Shown piece after piece: positions 26,103 through 34,465 of a stretch of DNA of 39,817 nt. Numbering within the stretch: the stretch's first letter is position 1; each line of letters opens with the position of its first letter. The notes under the pieces were generated by a model, which worked only from the letters and a program-made list of their open reading frames with translations, did not search any database and was not told where the DNA came from. Made by a program: the position numbers and the translations under genes. Source of the DNA: Bdellovibrionota bacterium (GTDB lineage: Bacteria > Bdellovibrionota > UBA1018 > UBA923); the NCBI GenBank assembly GCA_040754655.1, contig JBFMCE010000029.1, positions 1-39,817 of the forward strand. Direction: 5' to 3'.

Positions 26103-26873
26103 GTGCGTACATGCATCATCCTTTGCGTGATCTTGTTGTTTTGTGTCCCCCAGAAGCCGGCGCTGGCCGCGAAAAAGGATCACGCTTGGGCTTTCGGGGT
26201 GGCAAGCATCATCCCTGGTCTCGGGCAGGCTTTGCAAGGCAACGTGCTTGAAGGCTTGGGCTGGCTCTCGAGTACGCTGGTAGCCTGGCGTTTCCGGATC
26301 ATGCCTCAGAAAATCATCGAGTATAATATGTACGACTCGTATCGCGATGCGGGCGCCGACGATACGAGCAAGGAAAACTGGTTTCAGAACTATACGGCGA
26401 CTTTTAATCCCTTGAACATTATCGATCCTATCGGAGGACCGATCGCCGTTGGATACGGATTCATCGTCTCGCCGATGCCGGGAGTGGGTGGACCGATTTA
26501 TTTGAGGATTCCGATGTACGCCATGGTGGGTTGGGGCGAAGAAGGACTGTTCCGCGGTTTTTTGTATCCGGCATTTTCTCATCTGTTCGATTCGCGCTTT
26601 CTCGGAGCGGTCGCATCCTCAGCGCTTTTCGGCGTCGCACACTACCAGTACACCTGGTCCAACCGGTTTTTTTTGATGGGGGTTGGCATGCTATGGAGTT
26701 GGCAGCTCACCCGAAACCGATACGACCTTCGCAAAAACATCTTTTCGCACTCCTGGGTTGATATCGTGTCTTCGTTGAAGGCTAATATTGAGCTTGACCC
26801 TCGCAATACCGCAGACACGAAAAGGCAGGGTGCTGGAATACGGTTTTCTTTGAATTATGTATTTGATCTCTAA
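26103..26873 (+). CDS. CPBP (type II CAAX / Abi family) intramembrane metalloprotease-domain protein
   Basis: Motifs EEGLFRG, FGVAH and HSWVD, plus an N-terminal signal peptide ending ALA. Confidence 0.8.
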   Translation: MRTCIILCVILLFCVPQKPALAAKKDHAWAFGVASIIPGLGQALQGNVLEGLGWLSSTLVAWRFRIMPQKIIEYNMYDSYRDAGADDTSKENWFQNYTATFNPLNIIDPIGGPIAVGYGFIVSPMPGVGGPIYLRIPMYAMVGWGEEGLFRGFLYPAFSHLFDSRFLGAVASSALFGVAHYQYTWSNRFFLMGVGMLWSWQLTRNRYDLRKNIFSHSWVDIVSSLKANIELDPRNTADTKRQGAGIRFSLNYVFDL

Positions 26874-26926
26874 AAGGCATTATTATGCGCCAATGGTAGT
26901 GCTTTTGCGGTGAAACGGGGAGTCTC

Positions 26927-27589
26927 TCAATAAAGGACTGTCAGCGTTCCAAGGATTAAATTCATAGTATCAGAAGTACCGCTTGAGTCTGGGCCGTATC
27001 CACCGGCAAGACTCATGCGACGGTAGGCTAGGCCCATCGCGAACCACTGAGTAAGCTTGAAGTCGACGCCAGCACCTATACTGAGCGTTCCATCCCAAGC
27101 ACGACCGAGGTCCGTCGTTCTACCCCGCAATTGGCGGATTTTCTTTCCACTCGTGTAGCTTGCTCCAAACCAAGGAAGGAGGTTGTAGCTCAAGTAGAAG
27201 TAATCAGTGATGTTAAGCCCTCCTTCCATACCAAATAAAATTTGCTTAACCTGGCCAGTGTATTCACCGACGCCTTTGTTTGTAGAAACGTTTTGCGACA
27301 TTAAAAAATAAATTTCCGAACGAAACTTAAAGATCTTGCTACCAAAAATTCCGTAACGCCCGCCCGCACTCAATCCGCCCATTTTCAGTGTCGCATTTAA
27401 CAGCCGTGTTGATGGATCGGTCCGAGGAAGGTCCTCGCTGGCATTATGGGTATGTTGATTGATCCCGCCCATCAAAGAAACCCAACGGTCTCCTTTCTGA
27501 GGCTTTGACTTGAAGGGGATTGAACAGGAGGTACACAGGAGCAAAATAGATATACACAATGAGAAAAGCCTTCTCTTCATATCATCCAT
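26927..27589 (-). CDS. Small outer-membrane beta-barrel / lipoprotein-signal protein
   Basis: RBS GGGAG, lipobox-like LLLCTSC, amphipathic strands (SIGAGVDFKLTQWFAMGLAYR) and C-terminal aromatic residue (LTVLY). Confidence 0.65.
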   Translation of the reverse strand: MDDMKRRLFSLCISILLLCTSCSIPFKSKPQKGDRWVSLMGGINQHTHNASEDLPRTDPSTRLLNATLKMGGLSAGGRYGIFGSKIFKFRSEIYFLMSQNVSTNKGVGEYTGQVKQILFGMEGGLNITDYFYLSYNLLPWFGASYTSGKKIRQLRGRTTDLGRAWDGTLSIGAGVDFKLTQWFAMGLAYRRMSLAGGYGPDSSGTSDTMNLILGTLTVLY

Positions 27590-27804
27590 GAAGCTCCCAG
27601 AGTCATCTTACTACTGTATATTAAGAAACGGTCACTGATCCTAATTCTATAGCCGCTTCTTAAAAAACCAATGAAATAGGAAATAGTATCCTACATCCGT
27701 CTCTGTCGCTTGCGCTCAATGAGTTGAAACCGTTGGCGATTGTGTTTCAAAAATAAATAGAAGGCTTCGAGGGTCAATCGACGCTACAGGCTTTTCCAAA
27801 AGAT

Positions 27805-28134
27805 CTACAGCGTCTTTTGAATCATGTCCGAAATAGCGCCTTTGGGGTGCGCGCCGATCAGCTGATCCACCACTTCACCACCTTTGAACATGATCAAAGT
27901 GGGAATACCGCGCACTCGGTATTTGCCTGGTACGCCAGGGTTTTCGTCAACGTTGACCTTCACGACTTTCACCTTCCCCTGAAACTGGTCCGCCAGCTCA
28001 TCTAGGGTTGGAGCGATCGCCCGGCAAGGCCCGCACCACTCGGCCCAAAAATCGACCAGCACCGGAACGTTTGATTTCAAGACTTCAGTATCAAACTGTG
28101 CATCTGTAGTAGCAAAAACGTTTTTCGAAGCCAT
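27805..28134 (-). CDS. trxA: Thioredoxin
   Basis: [14 protein letters not shown] and VRGIPTL. Start is 28134 (ATG) or 28140 (TTG). Confidence 0.96.
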   Translation of the reverse strand: MASKNVFATTDAQFDTEVLKSNVPVLVDFWAEWCGPCRAIAPTLDELADQFQGKVKVVKVNVDENPGVPGKYRVRGIPTLIMFKGGEVVDQLIGAHPKGAISDMIQKTL

Positions 28135-28173
28135 TTTCAAATTTTCCTTCCTCTGTTAGGCTCTCAGGAACAT

Positions 28174-28809
28174 ATGTCTACATATACTAATGATGGTCTT
28201 AGGGAGTATGTCAAGCGCTCGGTAGAACTGAGTATGCAGGCAAAACAAGAATTCTGGCGCACCCATGCGGATGCTGTGGCTCAGGTCGCCAAATGGATGG
28301 GTGAAACTGTTCAAAATGATGGAAAAATCCTGATTTTTGGCAACGGCGGAAGCGCAGCCGACGCTCAGCACATGGCGGCTGAAATGGTTGGAAGAATGTT
28401 GGTTGAACGAAAAAAACCGCTTCCAGCGATCGCACTCACCACCGATACGAGCTGTCTTACGGCGGTCGGAAATGATTATAATTTTGAAGACATTTTCGAG
28501 CTTCAGGTGCGCGCTTTGGGGCGAAAGGGCGATCTTGCGATTGCGATTTCAACCAGTGGCAACTCTAAAAACGTCGTAAAGGCGGTAGAGGCGGCGCGAG
28601 CGATAGGAATGAGAGTCGTGACCATGACTGGCGGCACGGGCGGAAAACTTCGTGAAATGTCGGATGTCAGTTTGAATGTGGCGCTTGGCAAGCATTCGTC
28701 AATGATCCAAGAGACTCACATCACGATCGTCCACTTGCTTGTGGATTTGATGGACCGCTATTTCTTGGCGCCTGACTACGTCGCTGGAGAGGCTTATAAG
28801 GGTGCCTGA
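28174..28809 (+). CDS. gmhA: D-sedoheptulose-7-phosphate isomerase
   Basis: GNGGSAADAQH, ALTTDTS..TAVGNDY, ISTSGNS and IQETH. Confidence 0.95.
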   Translation: MSTYTNDGLREYVKRSVELSMQAKQEFWRTHADAVAQVAKWMGETVQNDGKILIFGNGGSAADAQHMAAEMVGRMLVERKKPLPAIALTTDTSCLTAVGNDYNFEDIFELQVRALGRKGDLAIAISTSGNSKNVVKAVEAARAIGMRVVTMTGGTGGKLREMSDVSLNVALGKHSSMIQETHITIVHLLVDLMDRYFLAPDYVAGEAYKGA

Positions 28810-29737
28810 AAACCTAGACCTCACCAAGATCGCAACCTACTCGCTCAAAGGGCGTTCCAGCAAAGTTGAAGTAAAAGACTTTGCGAAGCCAGCGGACCAG
28901 GCCACGGCTCAGGCTCTGGCGGCTTGGTTTGAAGGGCTTCCCAATATTCTTGCGGCAAAAGAACTGCGAGAGCTTGTGGGCCTGATGAAGCAAGCAAAAA
29001 AGAGGCAAGCTCCGATTCTTTGGGGGATGGGCTCTCATGTGATCAAGACAGGTCTTGCGCCCCTCTTGATTGACTTGATGGACGAGGGTTTCGTTACAGG
29101 CCTTGCTTTCAATGGATCTGCTTTAATCCACGACTTTGAAACAGCCTTTGCCGGAAAAACCTCAGAGGATGTGGATGCTGTCCTTGGCGGCGGAGAGTTT
29201 GGAATGGCCCGAGAGACGGGCGATCTCGTCAATCAAGCCATTTCAAAGGGAGTGGCAGAAGGCAAAGGGCTTGGAGAGGCTCTCGGAGCCCACATCGCTG
29301 AAAGCGACTATCCCTACAAGAAGCACTCTTTGTTTGCCCAAGCATACCAGCGAAAACTTCCGGCTACAGTGCATGTGGCCATTGGGACCGATATTATTCA
29401 CATGCATCCCAAGTGCGATGCGGCTGCATTGGGGTTGGGTAGTCACCGTGACTTCCTCAAGTTTGCGCAAGTCGTAAGCCAGCTTGAAGGCGGGGTGTAC
29501 ATCAACTTTGGTTCGGCCGTGATTTTGCCCGAAGTCTTTTTGAAATCGATCACTTTGGTGCGCAATCTCAAGTTCAAGGTCGACCAAATCGTGACCGCGA
29601 ACTTTGATTTCATCCAGCAGTATCGCGAGCGCGTGAACGTGGTGCAGCGTCCCACCTCGAACGGGGGGCGTGGATTTTCTTTCACCGGGCACCACGAAAT
29701 TCTCTTACCGCTCCTTGCCGCGGGGCTGAAAGCCTGA
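28802..29737 (+). CDS. Conserved protein with a probable deoxyhypusine-synthase-like (DHS-like NAD/FAD-binding) fold; function unknown
   Basis: GSHVIKTGL, NGSALIHDFE, HVAIGTDIIH, GSAVILPEVFLK and GHHEILLPLL parallel DHS-family motifs. 8-nt overlap with gmhA. Confidence 0.6.
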   Translation: MPENLDLTKIATYSLKGRSSKVEVKDFAKPADQATAQALAAWFEGLPNILAAKELRELVGLMKQAKKRQAPILWGMGSHVIKTGLAPLLIDLMDEGFVTGLAFNGSALIHDFETAFAGKTSEDVDAVLGGGEFGMARETGDLVNQAISKGVAEGKGLGEALGAHIAESDYPYKKHSLFAQAYQRKLPATVHVAIGTDIIHMHPKCDAAALGLGSHRDFLKFAQVVSQLEGGVYINFGSAVILPEVFLKSITLVRNLKFKVDQIVTANFDFIQQYRERVNVVQRPTSNGGRGFSFTGHHEILLPLLAAGLKA

Positions 29738-29750
29738 TGTAATTAAAGGC

Positions 29751-30203
29751 ATGTTTCTCGCGCTTGAACAACGCTCAAGCTCACAAGTTGCAAAAGTAAG
29801 CACCACGGTGCGCTGTCTCGCCAAGGGAATAGACCTTTGCGTCATTTTCTTTCTGAGCATCATTTTGCCTTACCCCATTGGGGTCCTTCTAGGGTTTATT
29901 TACACACTGATACACGATGGGGTGTGGGCAAACCAGAGTTTAGGGAAACGCTTGTTCCGGCTCAAGGTGGTAGATGCGCGCACGGGTGCGGTGTGCGGCA
30001 TTCGAGAGAGCATGATTCGAAATGCCCCGTTGGGAGTCGCGACTTTTTTTGGAATCATTCCTTTTTGGGGATGGATCTTGTTGGTTCTATTGGGCATCCC
30101 AATGGTTGCGCTTGAAGTGTATCTGATGTGGACCCAAAGTGGGGGCGGTAGGCTTGGCGATATTATGGCCGATACTAAGGTTGTGGAAGTCGCCAAGAAA
30201 TGA
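29751..30203 (+). CDS. RDD family membrane protein
   Basis: RCLAKGID, QSLGKRLFRLKVV, SMIRN and RLGDIMADTKV. Confidence 0.88.
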   Translation: MFLALEQRSSSQVAKVSTTVRCLAKGIDLCVIFFLSIILPYPIGVLLGFIYTLIHDGVWANQSLGKRLFRLKVVDARTGAVCGIRESMIRNAPLGVATFFGIIPFWGWILLVLLGIPMVALEVYLMWTQSGGGRLGDIMADTKVVEVAKK

Positions 30204-30347
30204 CTGGCCGATTCGGCCTTCTCCCAATCAAAGCTGTATTTTTTCTTTAAGTGTCTGATTTTAATCAGAAAAAACATCCCCTCTTTTTAAGAAGACCACT
30301 CTGGTAAACTATTGATATCCGCGATCACCCGGGGGGATGTTGCACGT

Positions 30348-31580
30348 ATGAAGCACGTAAAAACAAGGTCGGTGTCGTTTAAAAAGCTTTCACAAAACTT
30401 GCTCGCACTTGTCGTGGTGGGTTTTCTCACGGCTGCGACGGGATGCAAGGCTCTGAAAAAAGAAGCTCTTAGTGGAGCAGCGGGCGCGACCTCGTCAGGA
30501 GGCGGAAGCGGCTCTGGCGGCTCGGGAGGATCAAGCTCAAACACAGATTCCCTTACGGCTCTTAACGACGAGTTTGATGGAAGCGCTTCCATGTCAGATT
30601 GGCAAGATTTGGGAAATCATGATCTCAACGTTGCCGGTACTCATTACTCTGACGCGAGCGGCATTTATTACAACAACTCTTTCCTCTCAGGTGTGCCTTC
30701 TGCCGCTGACAACGCTTCAGGCTACATGTCAGGGCTTGCCGGTTCTCTTGTCATGATTCCAAGGTCGAACACGCCTGGAGGTTGGTCGACTTCGCCAGCC
30801 AATGAATCTAATGCTTGGTATTCTGATGAGTCTGGGCCCTTTCTTTTTAAACGCGTGACCGCCTCTAAGTTCGTCGTCATGACTCGTCTCCGCGTAGGCA
30901 TCATGGCAAATGGAGCGACGGCTCCTGGGGTCAATGGTGACGCTTCTCCGCCCGCATTTAATGCGGTGGGATTCGTTATTCGAAGCAATTCAAGCGCATT
31001 CACGCCTGTCGCGATTACGGGCGGCGTGAATTCAGGTCAGGTTGGAAACTCTGTTACCGGTGCTGAACGGTGGGTAATGTACAATCTGGGCTATCAAGAC
31101 ACTTCCTTCGCCTCTGAAGTGAAGTCAACCACGGTTGATGATGCTGGCGACGCTTACAACAATACTTCGCGCTCAAGAATGTATCTCAATCCGGTATCGA
31201 CTGCGACGGCAGGCTACAATTCTGGCTACCTTTTGGTGTGTGTGGTTGACGGCGTTTTTAGGTTCTATAAAAAACTAGACAGTGATTCTGGTTCAAGTTG
31301 GATCCAAGAGCGTGTCAACGGTTCGACTGCGACCAACGTGGGTCACTGGGGCGGCACTTACAATGCCATCACGACGGAAGCGCTGAATGACGGAACTCAA
31401 GGAATCGTGATTGACCGATCGGCTGACTTGGCCAATACGAGTTTACAAGTCGGATTGATTGCAAATAATTATAGAAATCCTTCGACGCTGGGCAATCGTG
31501 TTCGCGGCGAATTTGATTTCGTGCGGTTTAAAACCATCAGCTCAGCAGCGGAGTGCACGACCGCATTGGCCGTTCCGTAG
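30348..31580 (+). CDS. Lipoprotein with a Gly/Ser linker and a probable ConA-like beta-sandwich domain
   Basis: Lipobox AATG|C, a G/S-rich tether, and NDEFDG...GPFLFKRV...VGLIAN...EFDFVRF resembling ConA-like/DUF1349 domains. Confidence 0.65.
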   Translation: MKHVKTRSVSFKKLSQNLLALVVVGFLTAATGCKALKKEALSGAAGATSSGGGSGSGGSGGSSSNTDSLTALNDEFDGSASMSDWQDLGNHDLNVAGTHYSDASGIYYNNSFLSGVPSAADNASGYMSGLAGSLVMIPRSNTPGGWSTSPANESNAWYSDESGPFLFKRVTASKFVVMTRLRVGIMANGATAPGVNGDASPPAFNAVGFVIRSNSSAFTPVAITGGVNSGQVGNSVTGAERWVMYNLGYQDTSFASEVKSTTVDDAGDAYNNTSRSRMYLNPVSTATAGYNSGYLLVCVVDGVFRFYKKLDSDSGSSWIQERVNGSTATNVGHWGGTYNAITTEALNDGTQGIVIDRSADLANTSLQVGLIANNYRNPSTLGNRVRGEFDFVRFKTISSAAECTTALAVP

Positions 31581-31639
31581 TGAGATGTGTTTTTCTTCCT
31601 TGCATGATCCCATGAAATCGTGTGGATTAGCCCGAAGTT

Positions 31640-34366
31640 ATGACTCCGAAACGCAAGGCAAGACCCACATTCTACCTGATCGACGCAAGTTCGCTGATTT
31701 TTAGAGCATTCTTTGCGATAAGAAACCTTTCGACCTCAAAGGGGCTGCCGACGAATGCGACCTATGGATTTTTGACCATGCTTTTGGGTGCGATCGAAAA
31801 ACACAAGCCCGACTACGTGGCCTGTATTTTCGATACTCCCAAGCCCACCTTCCGCAAAGACATGTATGCTGAATACAAGGCCAACCGCGGTGCTCCGCCA
31901 GATGAACTGGTGCCCCAGTTTGATTACATACACCGGCTTGTACAGGTTCTGGGAATTCAAAAGCTCGCAGAGCCTGGTTTTGAAGCCGACGACTTGATCG
32001 CAACCCTTGCTGAGAAGTTCAAAGATACCGACGTGGTGATCGTGACGGGCGACAAAGACCTCATGCAACTCGTGGACGAGCGCGTGAGCGTGCTCGATAC
32101 GATGAAAGACAAGCTCTACGGACCGGCAGAGGTGAAAGAAAAACTGGGTGTCGATCCTGAGCATGTGACTGATTACCTTGGGTTGATTGGCGACACCTCT
32201 GACAATATCCCCGGAATTCCGGGTGTGGGGCCTAAGACCGCAGTCGAGTTGATCAAAGAATACGGCAATCTTGAGAAGGTTCTGGCGGCCACGGTGCGGA
32301 TGAAGCCAGGCAGAAGGCGAGATCTGCTCATAGAGCATGCCGACAAAGCCAGGCTTTCAAAAGAGCTTGCCACCGTAAAACGCGATGTTGGCGGATGCTG
32401 TTCTGGTCTGGCGCTAGAGAATTTCAAAACTCCGGCGGCGCATACCCCAGAGTTTATTGAGTTCTTAAACGAGCTTGAGTTTCGAGGGTTAGCGAAAAAA
32501 TATTCTGCTTCTGTGGGTGCCGTAGGCGCGACCGAGCCTGCTGCTGGCGCTACGGCGAGTACTCAAACATCGGTGGGCCAGCCTGAGATCGTGCTTGTCG
32601 CTAACGAACGGGATTGGAAGCGCTGTTTAGAGAAGTTGCAAACGCATCCGGTGATCGCCTTTGACACGGAAACGCGGGGGGGGCGCACCACTGAAGTGGA
32701 AATGGTGGGCATGAGTCTGTGTGGGGATGGCCAAGAGACGTTTTATGTTCCGGTTCGCCACCAGGGTGAGGGGACGAGCGATCAACTTGCGCCTAAACAG
32801 GCTTTAGAAGGGTTTCTCAAGCTTGTCGAAGGAAAGACGGTCGTCGCGCAGAATTTTAAGTACGACTATAAGGTGCTCTTGGCGGAACAGATGCCGCTTC
32901 GAGGTGATTTTTCGAGCGAGAGATTTTTTGACACGATGCTTGCGCATTACCTGGTCGAGCCCGAAGAAAAGCATGGGCTTGATGCCTTAGCTGCGGCTTA
33001 TCTTGGGGCAGCCGTAGGGGACTTTAAGGAAGTTTTGGGCGAAAGGCCCGACTTTTCTCTGGTGCCTCTTGGGGATGCCGCGAGATACGGGGGGCTTGAT
33101 GCTTGGGCCACGCGAAACCTCTATGATCCGCTGAAAAAAGAACTCAAAGAGTGCAGTCTTGAGAAGTTGTTTTATGGGATTGAGATGCCCACGGCCAAGG
33201 TGCTTGCCCATCTTGAGTGGAACGGTATCGCTGTGGATCCGGATGTTTTGGGGAAGCTCTCAGAAGAGTACGCGGTCGAGCTCAAAGAAATTGAAAAAGA
33301 GATCTTTGATACCGTCGGCCACACCTTCAATCTCAATTCACCCAAACAACTCTCGGAAGTTCTTTTTACCAAGCTTGGGCTGCCGGTGATTCAAAAAACC
33401 AAGACCGGGTTCTCAACCGATGTGACAGTGCTTGAGAGGTTGGCCCACATGCATCCGGTGCCTGCGCAAATCGTGCGTTACCGTGAGCTTAATAAGCTTA
33501 AGAGCACCTACGTGGATGTGATTCCCTCGTTGATCGAGAAAGACGGAAGAGTTCACGCGAACTTCAATCAAGCGGTTACGGCTACGGGAAGGCTCTCAAG
33601 CTCTGACCCCAATCTGCAGAACATTCCCATTAAGAGTGAAAGCGGAAAGCGTATCAGGCGTGCTTTTGTCGCGGCACGGGGGGCAAAACTCGTGGGCGCC
33701 GATTATTCGCAGATCGAATTGAGGCTTGTGGCTCATTTGAGTGGTGATGAGGCGTTGATCGAAGCGTTTCGCGAGAAGAAAGACGTCCATCGAGCGACTG
33801 CTGCGGAAATATTTAGAATAGCTCCCGATCAAGTCACTGAGCGCCAGCGTTCGGCCGCTAAGGCCATTAACTTTGGCCTGATTTATGGGAAAACGGCCTT
33901 TGGTCTTGCTCAAGAGCTCAATATCTCGCGCACCGAAGCACAAGCTTATATTGAAGCTTACTTTCTACGCTATAAAGGCGTGAAGGCTTTCATGGAGCGT
34001 TGTCTGACCGAAGCTAGAGAGAAACGCATGGCCACGACGCTATTTGGCAGGCGCAGGCCAATCAAAGATATCGATAACAGAAACGTAGGTGTGCGAAACA
34101 ATGCCGAACGCATGGCGATGAACACGCCAGTTCAGGGCACTGCCGCCGACATCATGAAGCTTGCGATGGTCAAGGCTCATGAATCGTGCGAGAGGCTTGG
34201 CGCAAAGCTCGTGCTCCAAGTGCACGATGAGCTGGTTTTGGACGTGCCCGAGGCAAAGTCAAAAGAAGCCTTAGAGTGCTTGACGCAAGACATGGAGCAT
34301 GTCGCTGATCTCTCGGTTCCACTTGAAACAAGCGGCGGGATCGCGAAGCATTGGATGGATCTTTGA
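31640..34366 (+). CDS. polA: DNA polymerase I
   Basis: 5'-3' exonuclease (LIDASS, EADD, GDTSDNIPG), 3'-5' exonuclease (FDTET, NFKYD) and polymerase motifs DYSQIELR, KAINFGLIYG and QVHDEL. Confidence 0.98.
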   Translation: MTPKRKARPTFYLIDASSLIFRAFFAIRNLSTSKGLPTNATYGFLTMLLGAIEKHKPDYVACIFDTPKPTFRKDMYAEYKANRGAPPDELVPQFDYIHRLVQVLGIQKLAEPGFEADDLIATLAEKFKDTDVVIVTGDKDLMQLVDERVSVLDTMKDKLYGPAEVKEKLGVDPEHVTDYLGLIGDTSDNIPGIPGVGPKTAVELIKEYGNLEKVLAATVRMKPGRRRDLLIEHADKARLSKELATVKRDVGGCCSGLALENFKTPAAHTPEFIEFLNELEFRGLAKKYSASVGAVGATEPAAGATASTQTSVGQPEIVLVANERDWKRCLEKLQTHPVIAFDTETRGGRTTEVEMVGMSLCGDGQETFYVPVRHQGEGTSDQLAPKQALEGFLKLVEGKTVVAQNFKYDYKVLLAEQMPLRGDFSSERFFDTMLAHYLVEPEEKHGLDALAAAYLGAAVGDFKEVLGERPDFSLVPLGDAARYGGLDAWATRNLYDPLKKELKECSLEKLFYGIEMPTAKVLAHLEWNGIAVDPDVLGKLSEEYAVELKEIEKEIFDTVGHTFNLNSPKQLSEVLFTKLGLPVIQKTKTGFSTDVTVLERLAHMHPVPAQIVRYRELNKLKSTYVDVIPSLIEKDGRVHANFNQAVTATGRLSSSDPNLQNIPIKSESGKRIRRAFVAARGAKLVGADYSQIELRLVAHLSGDEALIEAFREKKDVHRATAAEIFRIAPDQVTERQRSAAKAINFGLIYGKTAFGLAQELNISRTEAQAYIEAYFLRYKGVKAFMERCLTEAREKRMATTLFGRRRPIKDIDNRNVGVRNNAERMAMNTPVQGTAADIMKLAMVKAHESCERLGAKLVLQVHDELVLDVPEAKSKEALECLTQDMEHVADLSVPLETSGGIAKHWMDL

Positions 34367-34465
34367 GGCCTGGCCAAAAAGTGCGGGCCCCGGCGCGTGT
34401 TTGGAGAGTTATCAACTTCTCCGGCGGAGCCGTAATATGGCCTCAATATTTGGCAATCCCTTATA

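Noticed and set aside
25995..26582. 195-aa minus-strand ORF
   Set aside because: Antisense to the motif-bearing CPBP gene.
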